A model generated the notes under the pieces. It worked only from the letters and a program-made list of their open reading frames with translations. It was not told where the DNA came from and ran no database searches. Source: Paecilomyces variotii (taxonomy: Eukaryota). From it: a DNA stretch of 64,000 nt. Below, piece after piece: positions 34,750 through 47,420 of the stretch (positions within the stretch are counted from its first letter, which is position 1; each line of letters opens with the position of its first letter). Position numbers and translations under genes: made by a program. The DNA is taken from the NCBI GenBank assembly GCA_004022145.1, contig RCNU01000014.1; one strand, 5' to 3'.

Positions 34750-37384
34750 TTAATCAACGCACTCAATTCCCTCCAGTGTCCTCATTGCTTTCCCGCCTTC
34801 TTTCTCGAAGAGGCCGACCAGCCGCTCACACTCATACTTCAGTCTCTCCTCCCCATTCTTCGCATTCCACAAGATCCATTCCTCGACGGTCATTTTCTTC
34901 TCTGAGGTGCTGAGCTCCCCCTTAACATCGCCGAAGAGTCCGTTTACATCGATGTTTTCCTTGTCGTTCGATCTGGTAATAACAATTTCATCCACGTCAA
35001 CAGGCTTCCATGGATGTGAAGTTCTCAGTCGTCCGATGTTAGTATTGCGTTTGGAGGGCGAGACTGCGGGAGTAGTCTCCCCAAGGGGTATGCGAACAGT
35101 CTTCGTAGGAGAAATCACGGGTGGACGGACTGCCGATGGCCTAGAGGATGGAGGGCGATTTTCAGCATCTGAAGACTGCGGAGATGGCGACGGCGTGCTC
35201 TTCTGAGTGGGCGCGGGTAGGGACGATGGGGCTACATGAGCCTCAGCATCACTCCTAGAGCTCGTCCGCCTTGAATTGCTCTTGCGATGTTGTGAATTCG
35301 CAAGAGCCTCTGCGTGATGTTGCTCACGAGGAATATCACTGTATCTCTCAGCTGTCTTCGGTGGGACTTGGGAGGACCGGCGAGAGCTATTGGAATCACG
35401 CTGTGCATGGACTTTTGCGGTTTCTTTGCCAATTGACATCCTCGGAGCGTCCTGGCCCAGTTCATCGTCAGACCTCGAAACATCATCCGGAACCGACTCG
35501 GTATCCGCTACGACGAGCTTTTGCGCTTTTGCGGGCTTCTTGCCCTTAGGAGCAGCCTTTTTCTTCGACGGCTTCTTGCTCACTGGGTTGGTTTCCAGCT
35601 CTGCATCCGACTCCTGATGTCCTCTCGACTGAACACCGACTGATATAACCGAGTCTTCTTCTGGATCAGCAAGACCGTGGGAGTCTGTATGAGACACGCG
35701 AGCGTGAGCGTCCTGTCCTTTCGAGTTGGAGTCCGTTGCCTTCTTCTTCTTCGGCCTTCCTTTTTGAGATTTACTTTTCACTGGCGCTTCAACCACATGA
35801 GTCTCAGGTCCGTTGAGTTCGTCATCGTCATCCTGTCGATCCGCTGTCTGGTCCAATGATTCTCTGCTGGTTCGGATGTGCGCTACGGATGCAGTTGACT
35901 TCTTTTCGGGAGCAGAAATTGTCGAGTCGTTAATGGTCTCAACGGCCGTGTTACCTGCCAAAGAACCGTCGCCATCCAAGTCCGCTTCGAGCGCCGCATC
36001 AATCTGGGCGTCATCAGGTATGCGTGACCTAAGAGAAGCTTTCGACGCGGCGGAAGCTCCAGATACTTTGCGAGTTGCTGATGAACGGCCCGGTTTGCGC
36101 CCACGTTTCTTTGGCCCAGGTTCTGTCACCGATTCTTCCGCATCCGTATCCATACGCTCATTCTCGCTCATTGTGCTTGCTCGAGCTTTGGCAGCGCTTT
36201 CGCGGGACTGGGTAGCTCTCTTCTTGGTCGGTGGCTCTTCAGCGGCTTCTTCGTTATGTGGTTGCTGCTGCACATCCTCGCTTATATCATCGCTTGTCCT
36301 CTTCTTTCCCTTTCTGCCTCGCTTTGGCTTCGGAGGCTCGGGACGTTGCCCATCATTACTGTCTATATCGACCTGATGACCCTCAATCTCATCGACTTCC
36401 TCTTTCTTGATTTTGCTGCTTTTCGCTTTTGATTTTGTGGACTTCTTGCCGCGTGTTGATTTTGTTGTAGCCTGTGACATGATACTCTGGTCCATTGCAT
36501 CATCCATATCTACCGTTGGGGCCTCAGAGACAGCCGTAGCCGTAGACTGGGTCGATAATCGGGATGTCTTGGAAGCACGGGGCTTCCTGGTTTTGGATCC
36601 TTTCGTTTTCTTGCCTGGCGGTTGACTGAAAACGAAGAAGGAACAGTCGGGAGAACGACGGTGGTGCTCCTCACTGGTGACGGTTAGTTGCAGTCAATTG
36701 GAAAGAACAGCACAGTCGTTACTCACTAAGGGTCGTCTTTGGGCTCCCAGCCATCGAGGGATAATTTGCAGTAGGCACAGCTAGCCAGGTCGTCGCTTTC
36801 TTCTTGCGGACAGAAATACCAGCCCGCTTCGACCATCTATACGGGTCACATGTTAGCGTGGTCTATAGGATGAGATCAGTGAGAGTAACGCTGTCACACA
36901 ACCTTTTCAGTCTGGCACATCCATCCTCGCTTTCCCTCATGTGGCCACGAGAGGCTGAACGTTGCCTTCCTCGCTTCTGCGATCCGGTCGCTGGTTGGAT
37001 CTTCGATCTCCGAGGGATTGGAGCTATGCTGTTGAATATCCATCATGACGGCCCAGCCACAATCTGGGGAGTGCTTTAGATGTTCTGCCAGTGGGTTATC
37101 ATCCTCCTCCCATCCATCCAGCCCTCTGTGGCACAGGAAACATGCTGTGTTGTCGGGGTTGCTCTCGTAGGGCTTGTAGTAGAAACCTGCATGCGCCAGC
37201 TGCAAGACGCAACTAATTAGCCGTTTGTACCAGCGAAATTGATGGCCGACTGTACCTCTGCAGGAGACGGTGAGCTATGTGGCCATGTGATGTATTTTGA
37301 CCCTTTCGCGCCCGATGTTCTTCGTTTCAAGGTAATGTCGAAGCTGGCCAGGCGGGCAGCGAAGGTCTCCATGCCTTCGCTCAT
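34750..37384 (-). CDS. bir1: BIR-domain chromosomal passenger protein (survivin/Bir1), multi-exon
   Basis: METFAARLASF...WPH; LAHAGFYYKP...DNTACFLCHRGLDGWEEDDNPLAEHLKHSPDCGWA; a second BIR repeat; C-terminal EKKMTVEEWI...CERLVGLFEKEG. Confidence 0.93.
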
Positions 37385-37859
37385 GGCGGCAAAGGAGGTC
37401 TCTTTGGGGAGACTTCAAGACCCAAACAGTCCAATGTGCCCCCAGGAAACTGCAAATTGCTCTGTCGAGGCCGGTGTCGAGTGTAACTAGTCGAGTAGCT
37501 CAGCTGTGTCTCCGTGTTGACTCTATTGTTGTTTTTGGCTCCAATTACGGCCTGGCGCGCAACACGCGAGGGACGCAGCCACGTGACCCTCCCCGGAAGC
37601 GCCCGCGGTTGCTGGCTGGACTGGCCGGTACGTCAGACGGTCTGGCGGTAACGTTAACTGGCAATTATTATTATTACCAAGCCCTCGTTCCTTCATCCCC
37701 AGCTTCAAAGGATTCCAGCTGGGCATTCCCATCATCACTGTTCCCCTTTCTCTGGCATCATGGTTTAATGGTCCATCAACAAATGCTCCATCGTCATTTT
37801 GCGCAATTGCTACAGCCTCTCCGCTGTCTTCCGCATTCATTCTCCCCTCAGCCGTAATC

Positions 37860-39496
37860 ATGCGACAACCATCGGTAAATTACCCCCTCCCTCAGAACCG
37901 GGCAGTATATGTGGGATATGGGATCAGGACACTGACCGATTATACTGGCAGACTCTCATTTCAAACGCAGGTCTCGGGCCATCGGTCCAGTTACGATCCC
38001 TTCTGCTGTCCTCTTCGCGATACCGCATTCCGTCCGCTGCTCACTTCCGTTCCCTCTCGACCGAATCTTTAACAAACTCGTCTGCCAATGGAGAACATCT
38101 CCCTGGACTCAATGCTTCCGCTCGCAAGTCAAACGCTGCACCCTTGAGATCTATTCCAGGAAGCCAGGAGTCGTTATTGACGCAACCGTTTTCGACGTCT
38201 CCATCGCAGCCCGCGGATTGGGATGCCAACCCCAATCTCTCCATCTCCGCCTTTTCCGAGCTTCCGTCGAAGAACTTCGGGGTCAACCAGCACATGATAA
38301 TCAATGAGGAGTTCAAGGAAGCACTGCGTCAGATTCTGTGGCAGTTTAAAGCACCAATTCGATATGCATTCGCCTACGGTTCTGGCGTTTTCCCCCAGTC
38401 AGCTTCGCCATCCCCCAGCCAGAGTCATCCGGCGCCTCCGCAAGCGATCCAGACTGTTCAGCAAGGCAAGGGCAAGATGATCGACTTTATTTTCGGAGTT
38501 TCATACAGCCAACATTGGCATTCGCTCAACCTCCACCAGCACCGTGACCACTATTCCGCGCTTGGATCTATGGGGTCCTATATGGTGTCCAAGGTCCAGG
38601 ACAGCTGGGGAGCGGGCGTCTACTTCAATCCTTATGTCACGGTTAATGGTACCCTGATCAAGTATGGTGTTGTTAACCTGGACACTCTCTGCAGAGACCT
38701 GAGCGAGTGGGACACTTTGTACCTCGCTGGCCGATTGCAGAAACCGGTCAAGATCTTGCGGGATCACCCTAGTGTCCGCCTGGCAAACCAGATAAACTTG
38801 CTTTCTGCGTTGCGCGTGGCGCTGCTGTTGCTCCCCCCGGACTTCACGGAACACCAGCTCTACAGCACGATCGCCAGTATTAGCTACATGGGAGATCTCC
38901 GTATGTCTCTTCCAGCCGAAAACCCTCAGAAGGTTAACAACATTGTGTCAAACCAAATGGCCAACTTCCGTCGACTTTATGCACCGTTGATTGAGACTCT
39001 CCCGAACGTCACATTCAATGACCCCCAGAGCAGCCATTCAGACTGGCTAGACAACCCCGAATCGAATTTGCGCCTGTCCCAGGACATGGACCCCGTTAAA
39101 CGCGGTAATATGGTCCGGCGACTCCCGAAATCCTTCCGGGAGAAGCTTTACTTCCAGTATCAAGCACGATATCAGATCCCACGAGCGGAATTCAACGAAA
39201 TGATGCAGAAAGCAAGTGATGAAGACCCCGACAGGATTCATCGTCGCCAGGGCGGTCCGTTTGAGAAGAGAGTCGCCGCAGACGAACATCTGAAGGAAGA
39301 AGTCCAAGCTTCCATCCGGAAGACGATCCGCTGGCCGAGTACAGTTCAGACGATCAAGAGTATTTTTACAGCAGGGATCAGTAGGTCCTGGCGCTATCTC
39401 CAGGAGAAGCGTCAGAAATTCCAGGATTCTGGCAAAGAGCAGGCAGAGCCTCCCAAAGTACCAGACGCTCAGACGGATAAGTCCAAACATGAATAA
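37860..39496 (+). CDS. tam41: Mitochondrial phosphatidate cytidylyltransferase Tam41/Mmp37; exon 1 37860-37874, exon 2 from 37952
   Basis: MRQPS|TLISNAG... presequence-like N-terminus via an intron with CTGAC branch site; APIRYAFAYGSGVFPQ; MIDFIF; GAGVYFNP; LYLAGRLQKPV; ISYMGDLR. Confidence 0.93.
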
Positions 39497-39929
39497 ACTT
39501 TGTCGCTTAATTCATTTGCGCGATGCTGTGCTCGTGATGAATATTGGCATATTTGGCGGAATAGTTGCGCTGTTCTGAAACTCTCATAAGCAGGTTGGCT
39601 ATTATAGATGGAAGAGCATTATAGGCGTTTGGCGGATCATCACCAGCTGGCGAGTGTGTGGCTGTTAGAAAATTTGTACATATATAGTTGAGTGTCTACG
39701 TTGGCAGCAGAGATTCCTGCGTGATAGAAGGGAAAGAACTGAATGGATTGATTGTTTTCAGACCAAGAACCCTGAACATCCGTAGCTGGACGCAATTATA
39801 AAAAGAAGAGCAGCCCTTGGTCTTTTCCGGTCTCGTCTCTCCTTTTTAGAATTTCCGAACACTGTAGAACAGAATCCTACGTACATATTATAAGAACTAT
39901 GAAGTCGAGGACCTCGCGATTCCGCAGAA

Positions 39930-39955
39930 AGAGTCATCCATCCCCGCGGAGTCAT
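39930..39955 (-). promoter_or_regulatory. Two CpcA/Gcn4-like elements (ATGACTC) upstream of the histidine biosynthesis gene
   Basis: GAGTCAT at 39931-39937 and 39949-39955, about 100-125 nt upstream of the ATG. His genes are classic cross-pathway-control targets. Confidence 0.6.
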
Positions 39956-40053
39956 AACGTTAGCTCCCAGGCCGCTTCCGGTCTTTGAAATTTAAAGCCC
40001 CTCCGCCACTCCGACCAACACTCTGCGCTCAATTCACCACACCTGCCGGCACC

Positions 40054-41494
40054 ATGGCATCCAGAACATCACCGTTCGATCTGTCGAAATGCGCGCGTCC
40101 GAATATTCTGCAGCTGGAACCATACCGCTGCGCCCGGGAGTGAGTCGCCGACAATTGCGGCCCCAAGTCGTCGTTGTATTGCGATCAAGAAGCTAATGAG
40201 TCAGTGACTACAAAGATGATGGGACGAACGTCCTGTTGGACGCGAACGAGAACGCCTATGGTCCTGGTCTCGCATTGAATAAGGAGGGTGCGCTCGAGGA
40301 ATCAGCTGCCAATGGCGTCCCAACTGGCTCATCAAAACCGGATATTGATTTCTTGGGTTTGAACAGATACCCGGACCCGTGAGTACTACGCTCTGGGTTA
40401 ATATGGGATTGGTCTGGTTCTAATGTCTTTCTCATACTAGACACCAGGTCGAGCTTAAACAGCTGCTCTGTCAACTGCGCAATACCCACGTTCACACGCA
40501 AAAGGAACTGCGACCGGAGAACCTGTTCGTTGGTGTCGGATCTGACGAGGCGATCGACGCTCTTCTGCGATGTTTCTGCACTCCAGCCAAGGACAAGATC
40601 CTGACGTGCCCTCCGACATATGGCATGTACTCTGTCAGTGCCCATGTCAACGATGTCGGTATCGTCAAGGTACCCTTGGATGCTGCTCGAGGCTTCCAGC
40701 TGCAGCCGGACAAGATCAATGAGGCCCTGGCTGAGGATAGCTCCATTAAGATCGTCTACATCTGTTCTCCAGGAAACCCGACGGCGAACTTGATCGCAAA
40801 GGAGGATATTCAGAAGGTTCTGGAGCACCCGTCTTGGAATGGAATTGTTGTTGTCGATGAAGCATACATTGATTTTGCGCCTGAGGGATCGAGTCTGGCT
40901 GAATGGGTGAATGACTGGCCCAATCTGGTAGTCATGCAGACTTTAAGCAAGGCCTTTGGTCTTGCTGGAATCCGACTTGGAGTGGCTTTCACCAGCCCGC
41001 CCATTGCTCGTCTTCTCAACAGTCTCAAGGCCCCTTACAACATCTCCAGCCCGACTAGTGCTCTAGCGAAGGCTGCGCTTTCACCCAAGAACTATGCCGT
41101 CATGCAGAGTCACAAGGAGAAGATCATCGCCCAGCGCGAGAGACTTCTGAACGAGCTCCCTAAGATCCCCGGCGTTGGCCGCTTCCTCGGAGGACGCGAG
41201 GCCAACTTCCTTCTCGTCGAGTTCCTCGACAAGCCAGGCGGCAAGCCCAGCAACCCCATTGCTCTGGCCACATATGAGGCGATGGCGGAGAAGAAGGGCG
41301 TCGTCGTCCGATTCCGAGGCAAGGAGCTGGGTTGTGAAGGCTGCCTGCGTATTACCGTCGGGACAGAAGAGGAAAACACCAGATTCCTCAATGAGCTGAG
41401 AGTTGTCCTGGACAATCTGTATTCTGGAACGCCAGTGGTATCCTCCAAGGAGGAAGCACGGAAGGAAGCACAAGCCAGCAAGGTCGTTGATTGA
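40054..41494 (+). CDS. his5: Histidinol-phosphate aminotransferase, 3 exons
   Basis: RPNILQLEPYRCARD; LLDANENAYG; LNRYPDP; VGVGSDEAID; CSPGNPT; VVDEAYIDF; TLSKAFGLAGIRLG; CLRITVGT. Confidence 0.96.
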
Positions 41495-41787
41495 AAGGGA
41501 TACTCGTTCTGGGTATTCCTTCTTATTATCATCTATATGCATCATTCAGCGCCTAACGATTACGCCACTTTTTTAAAAAAAAATAGATGGAATTCTAGAC
41601 CCGAAGAATAGGACCAGATATATAGAAATGCGGGGTTTTCATTGAATGCACAATAGTGTCCGACCCCTTATATGGGCTTGGATGTGACTGTACATATCTG
41701 CAGTGAATTAGGTCACTAAAATCAACAGAGCTCATATATTACTCTCAGATCCCCTACTCGAGCTGTTGCCTAGTTAGATGCCAACGC

Positions 41788-42062
41788 CTCTTTTTTTTTT
41801 TCCCTCTCTTCTGCTTTTCTCTCTACTCTTCTCTCTCTATTGCTGTTATATTGCTTCTCTCTATTAAGGTCTTCTAGATTCTTTTCCTAAAATTGCTAAT
41901 AATAGTCGGCTATAATTAATAATATCTCTCTTTTTCTTCTCTCTATAATTCTATCTTATATTCTTCTCTCCTTGTCGCTAATTTATTACTATTTTTTTAT
42001 TACTTTATTGCTGCTATATTACTTCTCTATTTATATTATTTTTTTATTCTCTTCTCCCTCAG
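41788..42062. other. AT-rich RIP-like degenerate segment
   Basis: Very low G content on + and many TpA steps. The minus strand has repeated AGAGAAG(C/T)AATAT(A)..CAGCAATA units resembling a decayed E/K/Q/R-rich coding repeat. Confidence 0.5.
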
Positions 42063-42099
42063 CTTGCTGATAAGAATAGGCTATATTTAATTACCGGTC

Positions 42100-42840
42100 T
42101 TATTCTTGGAAGTGCCGCAATAAGCCTCCCGTTTATCTGTTGCATATCCTGAATTTGTGCTACAAAAATACCTCCCCGGGGTCAGAAACAACTCCAGGAT
42201 GGCCGGACAATTCTACACGTTGACCCTGCTACCCTCACACGCGATGAACTCGAAGTCCTGGACTCCATGAACACTATCTGAGATGACCCCAATGGCCTGG
42301 AGAAGTTGCGGAAGTTCAAATGGATTTTTGATCTTCTTGTTAATTCCCGCCAGTCGCGGTCGAACAAGACACTTCCGGCGACCTCTTTTGACAACGTCAT
42401 TGCTGCTAAAAATGCTGTTGGTGTTCGAAATCATCCATGTGATGATCAATACGCGTTGCAACTGAACGAGACTGCCAACCTCTCGGATGAGAAACTGTCA
42501 CAGTGGGCAGGAAGACTCTTTGAATATTGTTACTCCTTGACTCAAAACAACACATGTTTCAATCTTTAAATGATTCAATCAAAGCCATCTCGTCCTCTAA
42601 ATACTTCGAAAATGCTGAATCAGAGTCTATATCTAGGACAGTTATTGACATTATCTTCTGTGATCGCCTAAACCGGCTTGAAGACCAAGATGCACATAAA
42701 TGTCTAAACTGGCTCCCCGAGATGGCTATCTCGGCGGAAAGTGCCTCACTGGGGAAAACGATACAAGGAAAGGTTGATTGGTGTCTCTCACACGGGAATA
42801 ACGACGTATCAGAACTGGATACTACCCTGGTCGTGCTGTA

Positions 42841-42884
<44 letters not shown>

Positions 42885-42960
42885 CTCGTATAGTTTATTG
42901 TTAACAGATTTTTTAGGGAAGCTACGAAGTTGGGAGAGGGTATCTTGTCACTTCAATGGA
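42100..42960 (+). pseudogene. Crinkler-like PD-(D/E)xK nuclease pseudogene
   Basis: RTILHVDP...LDSMNTI*DDP (TGA 42279-42281). ESISRTVIDIIF...LPEMAI...IQGKVDWCLSHG...LVVL|EA nuclease-type motifs. Broken splice acceptor; 42-nt poly-T in the last intron. Confidence 0.55.
42843..42884 (+). repeat. Poly-T tract (42 nt)
   Basis: Directly visible, immediately after a GTAAG donor. Confidence 0.9.
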
Positions 42961-43746
42961 TGATCCAGAGAGTTGTGAGTGAAGATGTACAGTAGAACAA
43001 GCGGAGATCACACACAACCATCCGGATAACCCAGAGTCCTGCTAATGGTCTTCGTGACCTTTTAAGGGCCTAGTTATATTCTCTTGTCGAGCCTTTGCTG
43101 GGCAGAGCTTAAATAATTGGTCAATTTTGTCCTTTAGCCTTCGGGCAAGAGTTGCTTCTTAGCACGTCCCTATACCCCATGGGAGGTCTGCAGGGCTATA
43201 TTAATAAATATCATCATCATCACTCTCTTCTGTAGGTATGTACTTAGATAGTCGTAAGTAGCTTCCGGGAGGGAACCCCGCTCAGGCTGTCAGCAAAGTC
43301 AGCAAACCAACCACGGACCTAGTCGCCACTTACAAATCAATGGTCCTTGGGACAGATGCGTAACGGACGACAATAATGGTGTGCTAATCGGTATCTACGA
43401 CTCTATTTTCTAGAACCTCGAACAACAAAGAGATTGCGCCCGTTTATTTTTTTATTTATTCATTTATTTTTTTTTTCCCTTCGTGGTTCTATGACCAAAG
43501 AAACTTCCACAGTATATCTACTCACTTTTCATGAGTAAGTAAACCCCAAGTTCCGACCCCATCCAATAAGCATAGTGAGAATATACTGTTCTGACCAGAT
43601 ATGCTAGAGAGCACCTCGAGTGTGATTCCTTCAGTCTGTCCCCTTGATTCTAAGGCACGTGGGGCTAAGAGATCCCACCCTAATCGCCGATCAGATATTA
43701 ATGTACCTGGCTCTACCCAGACATCTGACATTCTCAATCGGACAGA

Positions 43747-45046
43747 ATGAACTGGATTCTCAAGCAGAAGAAGAAAGAGCATGTGCTCTTCACACTCCCG
43801 TTGCCTGAGCCGCCAGAGCTGTTGAACCGACTGAGAGAGAAATTCCCGGATATCGATTTCGAGTATATTCAATTCGGGACATTAGAGACGTTTCGGAATC
43901 CGCCGACGATACCTAGAGGTGATACCTACCTACCTACCTATTTCCGCATTGCACCCCCTTACAGTATCGGGAGGACAATCTCCTATAATAATCAACCTGG
44001 ATAAAAACAAAATACAAAAAAAAAAAAAATGCCTCACTAACCAACCTTACAACCCATAGAAACAATCGCAGGCAAAACCGTCCTCGTAACTGCAGGAGCA
44101 TTACCAGCTACAGCGGCAGATTGTCCTGACCTGGAACTGATCCATTTCATATCCGCTGGAATCAACCATATTCAAAAACACCCGATATACACGAATAGCG
44201 ATATCCCACTCGCAACAGTGAGTGGGATCCACGGGCCGCCGATCGCGGAATGGGTGCTCATGACGACGTTGTTAAGAAATCGGGAGTATGAGCGATTATA
44301 CGAGGCGCAGAAAGAGCATCGGTGGATAGAATATCCGGAACAAAGACCCAGGGATATGGTTGGGCAGAGGATAGGGATTCTGGGATATGGAAGTATTGGA
44401 CGGCAAGGTTGGTCTTTTGTTACTTCTTTACGCATAGGAAGGAGGGAAAGAGATCAGAACTAACGACAACACCTCACCAGTCGCCAATGTCTCTCGCGCC
44501 ATGGGCATGGAAGTCCTCGCCTACACGGCGACACCGAAATCAACACCTGAATCCCGCAAAGACCACGGCTTCGTCGTCCCCGGCACAGGCGACGCCGATG
44601 GCACAATCCCATCCCAATGGTTCAGCGGCACCGACAAAGCTGACCTACACAACTTCCTCTCTCAGGATCTGGATATCCTTCTGATCTCCGTGCCACTCAC
44701 ACCTCAAACACACCATCTCATCAGCAAGGCTGAATTCGAAGTGCTCGCGAAACGACGCACCTTCGTAAGCAACGTCGCGCGTGGTCCGGTCATCGACCAG
44801 CCTGCTCTCGTGGACGCGCTCAAGAAGGGGAATATTCGAGGCGCGGCTGTCGATGTAACGGACCCAGAGCCTTTACCGGCAGATGATCCGTTGTGGGATG
44901 CTCCGAATGTGGTGATTACGCCGCATGTGAGTGCGCTGAGTGCGCAGACGCTAGAAAGAATATTTCAGGTCATAGAGGCGAATCTAGAAAGGAAGGAGAA
45001 GGGGGAGAGATTGATCAATATCGTGAATAGGAAGAGGGGATATTAA
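43747..45046 (+). CDS. D-isomer-specific 2-hydroxyacid dehydrogenase, 3 exons
   Basis: SAGINH; SGIHGPPIAEW; IGILGYGSIGRQ; VPLTPQT; SNVARGPVIDQ; AAVDVTDPEPLP; ITPHVS. Confidence 0.92.
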
Positions 45047-46960
45047 TCTACCTAGAGCTGATCTTAGGATGATGTGTTCTCTCTTGTTAGAAGGGTCACG
45101 AGGAGAATTATTGTTTCGGGACGTCGTTATTATTGTCTCGGGGACCTCCGATGAATACATTAGCCTGCAATGGACCCATTATCGCGTATCAAGAGACACA
45201 ATCATCATACCGATGACTAAAATTTACGAGCAACCAATTCCAAGGTAAAAATACATAAGACCACCCCGAAAAGAAGTACAAATGTAGAACAAGAGGCCTT
45301 TGAACGGAAGGACCCCGTCGTCATATCCGCCTTGGAATCATCCATGCACACTAAACCCTGAATAGTTGAAAATGTGGAAATTACCAACTGCCTCTTTTCT
45401 CTCTGGATTGGTCCAGACCTTGTCTTATCCAATATTCGACCAAAAATGAGGCATATCATTTCCCGAGTCCGTTTTCAGCAAACGCCCGTTCTGATAGTTC
45501 ATTTGACATTGCGAGTGTGATCGTAACTGATGTAGTTATAGGCTTCTGTGAGGACCAGGTGCGGTTACTTACCTTATTTTACGTATCATATTTGAGTTTT
45601 ATTGTTATATACTTAGCTAGCTGTGTTTTTGAGGACGAGGACAGTATACGCAGAAGGTCGAGATAGAGATTAGAGTACGTAGACTCTGATGTTTATTGGC
45701 ACTTCGTATCTAGAAACTTAGACTTAGATATACGAATACTACTTGAAGCATACATATTAACTAACCCTTTTAACTTAGCAAAACTGTTCCGATAGAAGCG
45801 TTAGGATGATTCGTAGGTAATAGCCAAGCACCAAGTTCGTTAACCCACAAGAGGCTCGCATGCAAACACCAGACGACGTTTCAATGTCGCACTTACAGAG
45901 ATCGACTGTATCCGGAGTAGTCCTGAATAGTCGAATCAGAAGATAAGTGGTGTTTAATCGTAGAGTTTATCCCCATCGCGTTTGACTTGGCCTAAGTAGC
46001 GCTTACAGGGCCTTATGCTTAGGGATTTCCAGGAGTAGCAGAGTAACCTGCAGTGTGCATGCATTATCGTCTAGAGTAGGGTTCTTATCATTTAGTAGTT
46101 AGGAGTGATATGTTACAGGTTCATTTCGTTTTTTTTTTTTTTTTTTTTTTTTAGGGCCAGGGAAACATTGGCTTGCTTGACTCGGGTGTCTGTCTTTGCT
46201 GGCGGGCTGTTCCGCCCGGGGAGTTGCATGCGCATGTGAATGCAAGTATATCCTAGAGGAAGGGGAGTTGCAAGCCACATCTTGAAGGGAGGATAGCTGC
46301 AGTGATCAAAAAAAAAAAAAATTGGTACTTTCGAATAACAATTGGTTTTAGTGGGGTGTCGATGGGACGATGTTACCGAATTGTTCATCCTGAGGTAACT
46401 AGATCATTCGGATTCGCTACCCCCAGATGGGATGCTGGATATGATCTGCGTAATTACCTGTTTTGGATTCATGGTTGGATTGCTCTTTATATATATTTAG
46501 AGATTGATCATTTGTATGTATATTGGTGAAGCGGGAACGCCAATTACGAGCTGTGTCTAGGTGTATAATGTGAAATGTCTGTGATGTGCTCTGGTATACG
46601 CGTGTTGTATTTCTCGAATTAGACAACAGTTGCGGGGATGTTCTATTGGTTTTATCTTGCGGGATGTTGATAAACTAGGCCATTGGCTGCTGATAAAAGA
46701 GAGCAATAATGATAAACCGTTTCAGAGAATGTTGCGTCCCCTCGAAGTCTGGAAAGATTATTATTATTCTGGACTGGTCCTCGACAAGGGATTCTACAGG
46801 TGTAACTACCAATACTCCCTAAATTTATCAGGGATGCGTGATCGACTTCCGGAACAAATTCCAGCAAGCACATTAGGATAGAATATCGATTCCTTGATTG
46901 GGTCCATAAATTAACCCTTCACGGTCCACCAGGCACTTCAACTAACAGTTACTAACTAAG

Positions 46961-47420
46961 CCCCTCTCCCACGTGGACGCCCATGAAAATCAAAATTGGG
47001 TTCAGTGCACGGTTGTGTTAAGAACTTAGCGGACCATTTTGATGCCCCGACGTCCGACCAGCTCAATCTGTGCGCTTCCTGCATCCTAGGAAAGGCTTTT
47101 ATTGAGTTCATATTTAATGCACTTAGAGCCCTAGGGATTCCGCTTAACGTTCCATCCTATCTTGGATTGTCCGCTTTTGCATAATACTCCGATGGTAGCG
47201 AATTAATAAGAATCCAGATTTTTGGTTCGAAATCAATGTGGCTTTTAGCGAGGCTAGCCTGGGCACGAGGGATATTTCCAAAAGCGGTCACATAGGTCCT
47301 CCTATACTCCATATGGATTTGGGTGCTTATCAATAGGGACCACTCGACTGCGGTTGTTCGGAGGGTCTCCGTCGCTGTTCCGGGATAAGAAGTGGGAGAC
47401 ATTCTCGTCGGTATACTCCG
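46961..47420 (-). mobile_element. Highly degraded Ty1/copia retrotransposon remnant (tentative)
   Basis: Gag-like ILINSLPSEY, a frameshifted RNase H C-terminus-like QIELV.DVGASKWSAKFLTQP, then polypurine tract GGGAGAGGGG, all in the expected order on the minus strand. Confidence 0.35.

Noticed and set aside
37799-37859. Apparent non-AUG (TTG) start of tam41
   Set aside because: Explained by ATG 37860 plus intron 37875-37951, which has a canonical branch site and restores the frame.
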